Below, piece after piece: positions 27,301 through 39,200 of a stretch of DNA of 64,000 nt (its first letter is position 1; every line of letters begins with the position of its first letter). The translations under genes were made by a program, and so were the position numbers. The stretch is from Phallusia mammillata (Eukaryota): positions 11,036,001 through 11,100,000 of the forward strand of contig OZ281498.1 of NCBI GenBank assembly GCA_965637545.1. The letters run 5' to 3'. The notes below the pieces were generated by a model. It saw only the letters and a list, made by a program, of their open reading frames with translations, was not told the DNA's origin and did no database searches.

Positions 27301-30300
27301 CAACAAAAACGTAAGGATCGAAAAAGGGTTGGTTTGGTGGGAATGTGTACAAAGGTACATGTCATAGAAACGAACAAACGCACAGTTTCATGGATAATTT
27401 TTGCGTGGTACGATAATTTTTGCGTGAATCTTTTTTAAATGCCCAACGCTGAATCGTTTCGAAACTCAAGCATCTTCATTGCCGGTCACATCATAGTTTC
27501 ATTAGTGAGTCTTGCAGTAGCCTAAGTGTTTTATGTAATATGATGATAATTAAGATTCAGTAATTCATACAGAAAGTGATTTGACAGTTTTTTTTAATAC
27601 CGGTAAAAAGTTTGCTAGAACACCATATACAGCACTGTTTCTAAGTCTTGTGAGGATATGTTGGTTAAATTTTGTAGTTAAAGGCCACATTCTTTCCGGC
27701 ATGGTGCGCTTGAAATGCAGTGCGCTTGAAATTAAAACATGCCGCCTTTGACGTACATTTGTACCGCAATATTCTTTACAGCAGTTATATTATCTGTTTC
27801 CGCTTTGGTTTATTGGTAATATATATGATTCTGTCCCATTTAAACTTGTGGTCGAGGTAACTGTTTTCTTAGCATTTTTATTAGTCGCAAATGCATTGTT
27901 GACCAAAGGGGATGAAATGTGTGCAAACTAAATATAGAGACAAACCCACACACTCACACCAGAGCAGGACGTTTCGGGCTACAGACAGGTCAAACATGGC
28001 GTAGTTTGTCCGTAAACGTGCTCAGGTAAAGGTTAAGATCACCTAAATACGTCGAAACGTCAGTCAACCGTCTGCACCCTTGCGTATAGGGACAGTAACA
28101 TTTGTGTGATCTGGACGAAGTGAGGTGATTCAATCAATTGCGATTCTCCCGTCGGCAATTTGCGCCTTACTCCGTACCTACTGCGTCCGAAAGCGTGCCA
28201 ACTGTCGCCTTTGATTACCCGAGATATTGATCCTTACCCGCTCGGGATTTTGTTGCCACCGATTCAATGACTTGTTTATTGATTCAAAGGGGTTTGAGTT
28301 GGTTTGCGGTTTTTAGCAGAAGTTTGCGAGGTTGTTGCATGAGGTTTGTCAGGCAAAGTTTGCGCGTTTAAGATAAAATTTAGTCAAAAAACAAAACTGA
28401 CAGAGCACATATGTGTAACTTAGCAATGTCGATATTTCAACAATCGTTGTTGTTGTATTTCGTGTACACCGTGTTTGAAACCTTTGCATTTCAGTGAATT
28501 CTCTTGATCGACTTCGTGTGTCAAGTAACGTATATACTGCGTTGTTTGTTGGACCCAAACGTTATGTGGTCGCTTCAGGTTCCATCAAACCATAAAAAGG
28601 ATCATAACGCAGCTATTAAGTGACATATACCATGTCGGTACACAGCTTATAAGCTTGGCATTCCTTCAAAGCAAATGGTAGCCAAATATTAGCATGAAAG
28701 TTGGTTGTTTTCGGTCGGTGATAAAAAATCGTGGGACAAAAACGAAAATCGATAACCATGACTAGACTTTTCATATAAAACGTGAGGGGCATAACAGATG
28801 GATGAAGCTATAACGAACAAACTTTATGTAATGTTTTAGGTTATGTATAGGACAAAGGTGTTTTATGAACAAAATCGAAGTGAACACTGAAAGATAGTTG
28901 TAAGTCATTTAGGATGAAAACGCAAATCTCATACCTTTGTGAATGGAAATGCGTATAGCGAATACATTCTAATGCAGACGCTTCAGCAATCGCTGTGGTC
29001 ATGATTAGTACAAAATGCTAATAAGTTGCATTTTTAATTAGGACACCTTTAAAGTCAGTTGGATAAATATAGGCAAAGTAAATACCTATAACTCTTTATA
29101 TAAATATAAAGAGTTATAGGTGTTTATTGGCATTTGGTAAACATTCCTTGTTAAATTAACGCAATGTAATTTGATCCCATACGAAAAGGTAACATGTTGG
29201 TATATGCTGCTAGTTTCCTGTGTAACACGGACCTTTAGTAAGTTGTGGTTTACAGTGGATGGCCTTGTGGTCGCATATGAGTGGGTTAGGAAACCAGAAT
29301 ACAATGAAGCCACCTTTAAATGTAGAATAAGGAGCTGATGGTGGTTTAAATACCTTCACAGTAAGTGTTGGTATGATACAACCTTTATCGGTGACCATTT
29401 CTAAATGCTACTTTGATGAAAATAGTTTTTACTGAAATAACTTTTTTCAAGTTTATGTGTAAAGTCCACTTTAAAGCTAAACATACAATTCTTGAAGGGG
29501 TTTATAAGAATTGAAAAAATTGTAGGTTTACCTTGTTTTACCCATTTCCAATAAAATCAACCTACAATTGAACTTTGCTTTTCTGAGTTATAAACCGATT
29601 TAAAATTGGCCCGAATGTATTCATAACGATAAAGACATACCATAATCGTATAGTCAAATACTCCATATATTTGTTATCATTTTAGTCCATTGTGATCAAA
29701 GCTTTACACTAATGGTTCTACCCAAACCTTTAGCACTTAGTCAAGCAGAATCAACCTTAACCCCTGAACAATAGAGACTCGTTACATTTAAACCTTTATG
29801 TTTCTTCGACGCCTGTTTGTGATTGGTGTCATCTATTTCCCATTGAGATGTGCAAATAGTATCAAGTACCATATCGGCGGGTAAATATTGACTTAGATAT
29901 ATTCGCATCCTTAACCCGATGTTTGAAACATTTTATTTCAAATTGCCCGTTCTATCTGCGGTCTGCGTGAAGCGGTCTTTCCGTCGTTACAGTGACTCAC
30001 TGGTTGTGTTTTGATGGCGGTCCGACGTATTTTTTGATGTGACACATGAATTTATTGACAAAAATACGCTATGATGTTGTTTGTGTGTACGCCGGCACAA
30101 ACCATCAGAAGTTGAGGTTACCACACATACTTCCTGTTTTGTTGCTACTTTGAGAGTTAAACGCTGAATAGATGTAATGTTTAGGGTCAGTTTGTGAATT
30201 TTGCTCAGTTGTGATTGGAGTAAATGGTCGTGCTCATAATATCTCTTCAACTTGTAAACGTAAAACTGGAAGCAAAAGGTAACATCTCTAGTACAGCTGA

Positions 30301-32955
30301 AACAATATCAGAAATGCGTAATCACCAAAAGCGTAGTTAAGTCAGGCGAAATTAGGTTGATTGTTAAATAAAGAACATACGTATATCTTCAAGTCGTTTA
30401 TCTTTCTTTAAAATTGAAATGTAGGACGTATCCGGTGTTTTATGGAACACATAACTAAAGAGACAAACTACAGTTGGTTAGTTTGTTCAAGTCACCCCTT
30501 GTTTCATAGTTGATTGATTTCACGTAGTAGGGCAACCAGTGTGGTTTTCATATAAATATCCTGTTAAGCTTGAGGTCATATAACCGTGAACTCGCTGCTC
30601 AATTAAGCGCTACAACAGCACTAGCGTAACCAAAATGCACTGCCTCGTATGCTTTCAGACCAGAAAAACGTGATCATTTGGGGCTTTGCTGATGCCTGAT
30701 GGTAGGTTTGGTGTTGATTTAAAGGTCATTAGCTTATCTATAATGCGCCTGGAAATTCCATTTTACAGATTTCTGTGTGTTTAAAAGGGTGTTTTTTTGC
30801 TCATGGAAGAACCGGTATTCGGTAGAAAATTCAATTTCAGTGGCAATTATGTAAGCATCAATAAACACCGCTACGTGAAGGAAATATTTGTTTGTTTTAA
30901 ACTTGCTGTAAAATACTGAGTTACATTCAAAATGTTACGTTTTTAAACCTTGTTTCATAACTTTAGTGTTACACAACAAATGTTGTAATTGACTTTGTTT
31001 CATAACGAACAAGTATATAAAGTACCTAAAGGTGTTAAGGCGCATTTTATACTGTATGAAAAAAGGCCTTCTGGTCTCAACCGAAAGCTGATATGTACTA
31101 GTTTACAAAGTTTGCGACCCGTACGAGTAGTTTTTTAGTAATAAGAAATTTAGAGGTAGCTCTTAAAACCTGCAGGGACCTTAAACATATGCAACATAAA
31201 TGTATACAGCATTATCGGCGTCTAATCAGGACTGAATTGCCCGCAAAATAGGTTTGAGTTCAAGCTGCTTCGTGCAAATAACATACGCGCGGTGGTGGCA
31301 GACCAATTCGGGTTAAATTGAACCACAAACGCCTAGGCTAAATTAAAAACACAGCCACAGCAGTCTGGGTAGTAGACTGTGTTATGGCATGGCTCTGCCC
31401 GAGTGGGGAAAAAAGATCCGGAAAAATTAAAGCCGTGCGTTTCACTGGTGTGTAGCATGTGCGCGTGGTGGCTGGTGTAGTAGTAACTCGACACCGCTGT
31501 TCAGTTTGGCAAGGGTCTGCGCAGTTTAGATATAAGCCGGTTAATCTGCAGTACAGAATTTGTTTTACGCTGAAATACTACTTCCAGTGTGTGTTGTTGT
31601 GTTTTAGTCAAAGTGGTTAGATTTGTTGTGGTCAAATATTTCAAAGCAGAAATGGCTTTTATTGTGGTGGTACTTTGTCTTTTTTGTCAAGAAATGACAA
31701 TAAATGGGTGAACAGTTTTGATCATCAAGGATGATGCAATAGCTTGCTTAAATGAGTCTGGCTTAAATGCATGTAAACAGCTGTTTTACCGAATAGTTTA
31801 TCGTACATGTGAGTTGACTTGTCAAATAATGAAAGGTGCCGTCAGTTTGTAAGCGGAATAATGTTAGTTTTTGAAAAAATACCAAACCTTAATGTTTTGT
31901 GTTATTTTGGGGAATCATTATACATTATGTCAAAGGTTAGTTTCCAAAATAGTTCAGATTTTTATAACTTGCAGTCAAACAGAAACTATAAGGGCAAAAT
32001 GCCAATATACATTGTTGAACATGTTTTGTACGCTTCGAGACTAGGCAATACCAGTTTTTAATTTAAAACTCGGACTCGCATTTCGCGAAGATATTTCTAA
32101 TTTCGTTGAGCGACGCAGTTTTACGATGCCTCGCATTCTTAACGCATTTTGCCCTGAGCAATCCGCTCCATAGTTTACGGTCGATGTAATTGTGGGTTTG
32201 TTGGAACAACAGCGGCTCCTATGACTGACAAGAGGTAACTATAGTTCGTAGGTGACTCGCAGGCTTATCGGCTGCTGTAGAAAAGGTTAACAACCGAAAT
32301 CCGGTTTCTTTTAATGTGTTTGTAAACAAAGACTAAGCGGGCGTGCCAATAGCGCTAATCTTTTGTCGGGGATTTAAGTTTTCAGTCTATTGTTTCTGCC
32401 GTTCAGCTTAAATTGGACAGCAATGCGCGGTCAGTTGTGAAAAAGTATAAACCACTGATTTAAGCGGGATTCTAAGTCCACAGCTAAGTTCATTCTACCA
32501 CAGTGAAGTAAAAAATTTACTACAATATTGCTTCGTTTTTTCGCTACAGGTAACTTTTTTTACAAAAGGTAGCTTTAAACAACTTTTATTTTGTTAGACA
32601 ATTGGCTACATGAGCTAGTTTGGTAACCTGCATCAAGTGTGCATCCAATTCAGGTATTCTTTGTTAGTGGAAAACACAATACTACAAGGGTGTTTAAAGT
32701 AAAGACAGTAAAGTTTCTAGTGCAAAAAAATTAAATAATTTTTGACCCAATACAAAACGCTTGTGCTTGCTTTTCTAAACTAAATAATTAATTGCCAATT
32801 TTTGGTTGAAAACGTCGTGTTGTTAGCTTATAACTTTGTATGAAAACACAGAGTCGTGTAACTCAAATCCAATGTATGAACACGTGTTAAAATATTGATG
32901 AAGCTTTCTGCGACCTGCTGTTATAAGGTTCTTGTCAATGTCTTTAATTCCGGAT

Positions 32956-32968
32956 GTTGCTTAGCAAC
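32956..32968. promoter_or_regulatory. RFX X-box-like palindrome
   Basis: GTTGCTTAGCAAC, upstream of the putative promoter of exon B. Confidence 0.4.
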
Positions 32969-33329
32969 AGGTTAACCTTTCCTCTGTGATGTAATAACCT
33001 TCCCTCTGTGACGTAGGAATGCTGGATTTTGTATGGGAATTTCCGTACAATCGAATACCGTATCAGTTGCACCAGGAGACCATTTGAAATTGTAACGTAT
33101 GCCCGCTATAGGTCAATTTGGCAATACTGAATATAAAAAATGCACGTTTATTAGAACTCACCAAAATACCAAAATCAACGTTTTGCAAAATTAAGCAAAG
33201 TAGATGGATATAAAACTACAAACATAAAGTATTTTTGATTTTATGGTCGCAATGTAGGGGCTTACCCGCGGAGCGTTATATACCAATCGCGTCCATTCAA
33301 ACTTCATTTGTTCAGCTGAACCCCGAAGC

Positions 33330-33554
33330 ACATGACGTCACAATTAGCATTGTTCCGTCACAGCACGCATGGTGACGCAACGATAGGGGAGATGTTGGTG
33401 GAGTGGTGGTTGCGGCCATCTATTGCGTGTTCAAATTTCCGGTCAGCTGTTTCAGCTTACTGATCGACTGAGGCTTGGGAATTTGAGTTAGAACATTTCC
33501 TTGTTGACGTGTAGCGGGATATATTTTGTTATTTTTTGTGCTGCAGCATGTAAG
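33330..33554 (+). promoter_or_regulatory. Putative internal promoter / 5'UTR exon for isoform B
   Basis: TGACGTCA at 33333, GC-richer patch, candidate donors at 33550 (gtaagg) and 33555 (gtacag), followed by acceptors at 33752-33839. Confidence 0.4.
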
Positions 33555-33927
33555 GTACAGGGGGTTTTGTGCAGTTAAGGTACCTCAAGACAGTTTTTAG
33601 ATTAGTTTAAGCAGATTTTTGTTTCACATGAAATTGTACAAGTTTGTTTTGCGATGTTTAAAGGTTTAAAGTAGTTTAAATCTCTAACGTGTTGTTGATG
33701 TTATGATCAAATTGATGACAAAAAAAGTATAATACAGTTTATCAATTTTTAGCATTTCTTTCTTTTTAGCATTTTCAGGAAAAGTTTGTTAAATTGTGGA
33801 AGTCAGCACTTCTGAAAATTAGTGTTGTTCATTTTGCAGCCAACTAAAAACGTAAAGTGTAAAATTCAGTTTTCAATTGGATTATGTAATACAAAGTGCA
33901 CGTCATAGTTTAGTTTGTGACATCACA

Positions 33928-34901
33928 ATGAACCGGTCAACAGCATCTCTTCCATCAGCGTCTATCCTCAAGAGCAGTTCCATGTTCTTTGAGGCGGGCA
34001 AGGAGCAAGATGCTCTCTCCACCGATTCTGGTTTCTCTTCTGAACAAATCTTCACCACGTGCTACGAGAACCCATGGACGCCCCGATTTCCCCCCACACG
34101 CCGGAACCGCTTAAACTTGAACAATCGACCTCTGACCCCGTTGAAGGTCAAATCCGTCGGCGCGTTTGGAGTCGAGAAAACCAAAGCCTTTCCGATTTTC
34201 TCTGATATTCCGAACGATGACGCGCATATGAACGGGCGCTCCCCCCATTTGGCGGTGACGAGAAGTCATTCGAATGATTGTGACGTCAGAACGTCGCGAG
34301 TTGCACCGACCCCCGTCCGCCCGATGTCGCTAGTGGTCAACCCAGTCGTGTTAGAACCAATGGAAGATTCCAGTCGGCTAATCACGTCAACTACAAAAAC
34401 ACGGGATTCCTCCACCGTCGTGCGGAAAACAAAACCCGATAGCGATGACGTCAGCAGCATGACGTCATCCCCTTTGGAGTCTGGATCTTCGGATTATCCG
34501 GATCAAAATTCTGAATCGGAACATCAGGAGACGCCTGTGAAGGTGGTGATGAGGCAGAAGCGCGGTTTACCGGAGGAAGCGGAGGTTAAGAAGAGTCGAA
34601 GGCGTTCTCTACCAAATGTCTTCGGCTTAAAAAGGAACTCTTTGTCCGGTTTAAGTATTTTCAAGAACGTTTTCCACATCTCCCGTTCATCAAGCATTGA
34701 TAAAGAGGAGCAAGTCGCGTCCTCCGAGAGGAGGCAGTCTCTTCCCGAGCATCAAATCGTGGAAGAGCTCTTCCGCAAACCGGGATCACGGAAAACGAGA
34801 AAAGTATCATCTGCATCTTCTGCATCTTCCACATCAAGTTCGTCTTCTTTCGGAAGCAAATTTCGATCCACTGAAAGACGGAAGGTTTTTGGCAAGAAAA
34901 G
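33928..34901 (+). CDS. Alternative first coding exon B (324 aa, Ser/Arg-rich, predicted disordered)
   Basis: Long GC-richer ORF with first ATG at 33928; donor AG|gtattt at 34902 in phase 2, in frame with exon 45586; upstream acceptor ttttgcAG at 33839. Confidence 0.75.
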
Positions 34902-36255
34902 GTATTTTTTATGCTCTTGTTTTTGTGACTCAACGTGATTGTGTGAGTTAATTTAGTGGGATGTTACTTCAGGTGTAGAGTTAATAGGATTTGCTATTTA
35001 GGAGACATTTTTAAGGGACTGTTGGTGTTTATTGAAGTCGCTTGATGTATCTTTTAGATTTGTAACGAAGCTTGAAGAGAGATTTGCTTTGATTTTTTCG
35101 TCCCAATTAAGTCATGTACGTAACTTAAAGATTTGTGTGTGTCTTCCGCTGTTAGCCTAATATGTAGAGAAGCTTATTGGCTTTTAGATAAACTAATTCA
35201 TATTTCTTAGCTATTTGACATTTTTTGACAACAATTTTCGTTTTTGTGATACAAATGTATCAGATGTAAATTAGGCATATTCTCCTAAACCTAAAGTCAC
35301 AATACGAGAATTACACACTTGTGCATCAAAAACAAAACCCACAGTTGCTAATAAGCAATAATCCGCAACTTTTAACTTTTTCCCGCCTAATACGTTGTCG
35401 TACAAATAACGCGCAAATATGTTTTCCCTAAACGTCACCTAATCGGATTAGCGCACCGCAAAATATCCGTCAGTAGGTTGAAATCGGTACGACCAGGTTA
35501 CTCATACTATAGACTGCGGCCACCTAATTCAATTTGTTCACTTGGCTGTTGTATCAGCACAACCTCAAGTTGACTGCAAACAACAGTTTTTTCTCCTTAA
35601 TCGCATTTCGTAAACAGATTAATACTTTGCCTTTCCCACATCAAAGAAATTGAAGTTTTTGAAGATTCTTTTTTCATAAGCACCAAAATCGAATTTACAA
35701 ATTTACGGTTTGCTGTATTAGACTTGGAATTTTTTGTTTGGTTAAAACCAACAGCGTTTGTAAAGTGCGGTTGGACACTGAGCTGCTGTTACTTTGTATG
35801 GCTAGCGCCACTTAGTGGTATAGAATTAACTATTTTTGTACACGATGAGGCGCTAAATGCACAAAATGTTTTTAGCGGGTTTGGGCTTTTCAAACTTAAT
35901 TCGTTTTGTCACTCAAATCGAGTTTGAATCAGAAACGCCAATCGATCACATTACTGATATATATATATCTGTTTTGTTTGGTTTTTGACTTTTGTTATTG
36001 TTTCCAAAACGTAATTGTGCCAAGAAAGTTCTTGTGACCATTCTGATAAAATATTCGGTTTACATTTTTATTCGGTTGTCAATGTGAGATCAGCATGTAG
36101 TAATGCTTGTGTTAAAAAGCTATTCCAAACCTCAAAGAACTTTTTCAGACAAAAGTCACACTCTATAATCACGTCAACCAGATGCCTTATTACGCAATAG
36201 GAAGCGCATTGTTATGTCACCACCAGCTGTCAGACGCTGACTTCGCTCAGTTGTG

Positions 36256-36287
36256 GGGTCAGAGTTCGCGTCACGGGTTAAAGGTCA
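36256..36287 (+). promoter_or_regulatory. Two adjacent DR1-type nuclear receptor elements
   Basis: GGGTCA-g-AGTTCG (36256-36268) and GGGTTA-a-AGGTCA (36275-36287). Confidence 0.3.
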
Positions 36288-39200
36288 CATTTAGTAAGGT
36301 TCAATCGCATTAGCTATCTGTCGCAGATAAACGTCTGATCTCTGCAGGCGAAGTGGGTTAAATATTTCACGCCTAGAAGCTGAACTCTTTGACAAATTCT
36401 GAGGATTTCGGTTTTATTTGTCAAAAATATGTCAGGAAGTTGTTAAAGTGTTTCGGTTTATTGTTTGCTTTTAATGTCGATTTTTTGCGTTTTTAAAGAT
36501 ACACCGAGATGTATAAGATACACATGAAAATTTGAATTTGGGCAGACAAATTTTGACCGTTGCGTTGTAAAAACATTGGAACGCTGGTTGTAAACTGGTT
36601 TTGGTTTCCGACCGTTATAACCTATAGAGCTGTTGCAGAATTTAATTAACTTGTTGTCAAACTTATTAACAGCTGAAATACAGACCCCCACGACTGTGGT
36701 AAAATCATCAAAGAAATTCATTACAAACGTATTGTACTAAAGATATTTGACCAATTACAAGATGTTTAAATATACCAAGAAGCATTTCAAGGCTCTTAAA
36801 CGAACTTGATAAGACAAGTATGATTTTTCCCTGCATAAGTTTATTGGGATTTTTTTCTTTTTCCATGCTGCTTTTTAGGTCCGTGTCTAGTATTTATAAG
36901 TATCACATGTATTGAACAGGGTAAATTGAAAAATAGGTGTCTTGTGATTTCATATTTTCTTGTCTGCGAAGTTGTAATGTATTTGGGTCAGATTTCTTTA
37001 GAACTTTGAAATATTTCATTCAGCCAACTGACCTTATTGGCTGAAACTCTTTCGATGACGTGTTTACCTCACGCTCAACCCCTTGCCTGAAATTCCTCTC
37101 GCTTTTTGGTGAATCGACACTTTAATCGCGTGAAACACCGATATTACACACGCACGTGTTGCGTCTACCTTGTGACGTCATAGACGTTTCGGGGCTTGGT
37201 CACGTGATCGCGACGCGCCAACAATCGGCGGACATTATGCCGTCACACAAGCGCGGAACTGCCGTTAGATAAAATGCAAACGGAAAAGTTGTTTTGCTTA
37301 AATCAGGAGTACATTTAAGTGGCTAAAGAACTTTCAATTTTTAGTTAGGTTTCGATTATGTCTGAAACCAAATAAATTACTGTGTTCAGTGAAAGTGGTT
37401 CTTGTCGAATGCTTCGAGTAAAAAAAAATTGTAAGGTTGGGAATGCTTATGTCGTGAGACATCTATGTTGTCACTTGTCATCATCAGTGAAATGCACGCT
37501 GCAAAACATTGCTTTCGACTTAGTAAGGGTTTCTTTAGCATCATTTGAATGTTCCTTGACAAGCTTGAGGCAGAGATAAGGTTTGTTTTGAAAGACTCAA
37601 GATTTGCTGACCCTTGCAGGTCTACTTCCTATAGTTACACGCGTCTACGGTACTTTTCAAACGGTTAAAGATTACATGAGATGCGGTTTTGACAATCTGT
37701 TCTGCTGCTTCTTGCGGTTTACATGCGAAACAGATGAGGATGGTGTAAGCCTCAAATTGCTGCTTGTATTTGACTTGAAAAGATTTGAAATACTAAATAA
37801 ACGCTTTTTTTGGCTTGTGGTAAACGTAGGTGTTGTATAACAGACAGGCCGGAAATTTCCAATGTTCCATGAGCCAAATAAAGTAAGTCCAATTAGGAAA
37901 AAAGGAAAATAAATTGTCACAAAGTTGTAAACTTTTTAATGCATGACGATTATTAAAAATGCACCAATGCCTTCTTGTATTGGGAAATTTGTAATTTAGC
38001 TGGTTTTGAGGTCTTGTGAACAGCTGAAAGCCTGTTTCCGTTTTTTTATCTATGTTTTACCCCTGTGAAAAACTCCCAATTAACCGCAGGTTATTGGGCT
38101 TGATCCAATTTCCACGCTTCCACATAAACAACATACACTTCCTTACCTGGAGAATTGTTCACATCGATTGAAACACTTTGCACACGAGAAGTTGATAAAT
38201 TACTTATTTTTTCCAATCGTAATTATCCTGTTCCGTTTCTGAGTTCCGTTTTAATTTTTGGATTTTAAAATTTTCCTGTGTCATGTAGTCGCTCCAATCA
38301 CTATAAACCCGAATGACCGAATCATTGTGATTTGACGTCACAATGCTATAGCGTGCGACGCCTTGTTTGTGATTGGCCCCGCGCGATTCCGCTGCCCCCC
38401 CTGTGTTACGTCATAAACGCCCTGTATCCCGCGCAGAACAGGAAGTCCCGCGAATGATCAATACACGAATACTGTATGAAGTGACGGTTTGTGATGTCAT
38501 AAATGCGACAGTTCGCGCGTTTTTTTCGTGGAAGAGCTTCAAGATTTACGCGGTATCTGAATTTATGGTGGACTTATATGAGAAGGCTGTCTAACTTGAC
38601 ATAAATGTGAGTTAGATTTATATGCAGTTTCATTGGCAGGTATATTTGCTTGAGGTGTGGTAAAGCAATTCGTTTTAGTTTTTGTCTGCGCAATCTTATG
38701 TATTGATATTGGGTTTTAATATTTTAAAGCGTTGGAAAAGTTTTCTGTCTTATTCGTGGTAAAAAGTTGTGTTGTTTTAAATAGGTTAAAAAGTTAGTCA
38801 TAGTTGTCATGTAGAGAGTTTAAGTTGTTTTTTTACAAAACGAAAGGTCAAGCTTGGATTCCGAGCTAAAACAATTTCGATTCAGTTGCATCAATTCTTT
38901 GACTTCCAATTACTTGATGTCCTGTTGAGAGGTTCAGGCAAATCGCTTGGATGCCTTGTGTCATTTGGGCTCGAGGATAATCTCGGCAGCGTCGTATTGT
39001 CTGATCCGTTTCATCGTAAATCTAACAAACTTACGTTAGGGAGGATATGCAAGGTTAACAAGTCGTTTGTTGCGTCATCACATGTCATAAACAAAATTGT
39101 GACGATTGAAACAAGCCCAAGGGCTACATAAGCAGTTGGTGTAGTACTATAGGGAATGTTTTTGTAGCCAACCATCTAGTAGTCAAAGGGGGCGTTTGCC

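Noticed and set aside
27912-27988. ATG-initiated frame ending GAC AG|gtcaaa in phase 2 (possible extra first exon)
   Set aside because: Donor is poor and the peptide has no supporting features.
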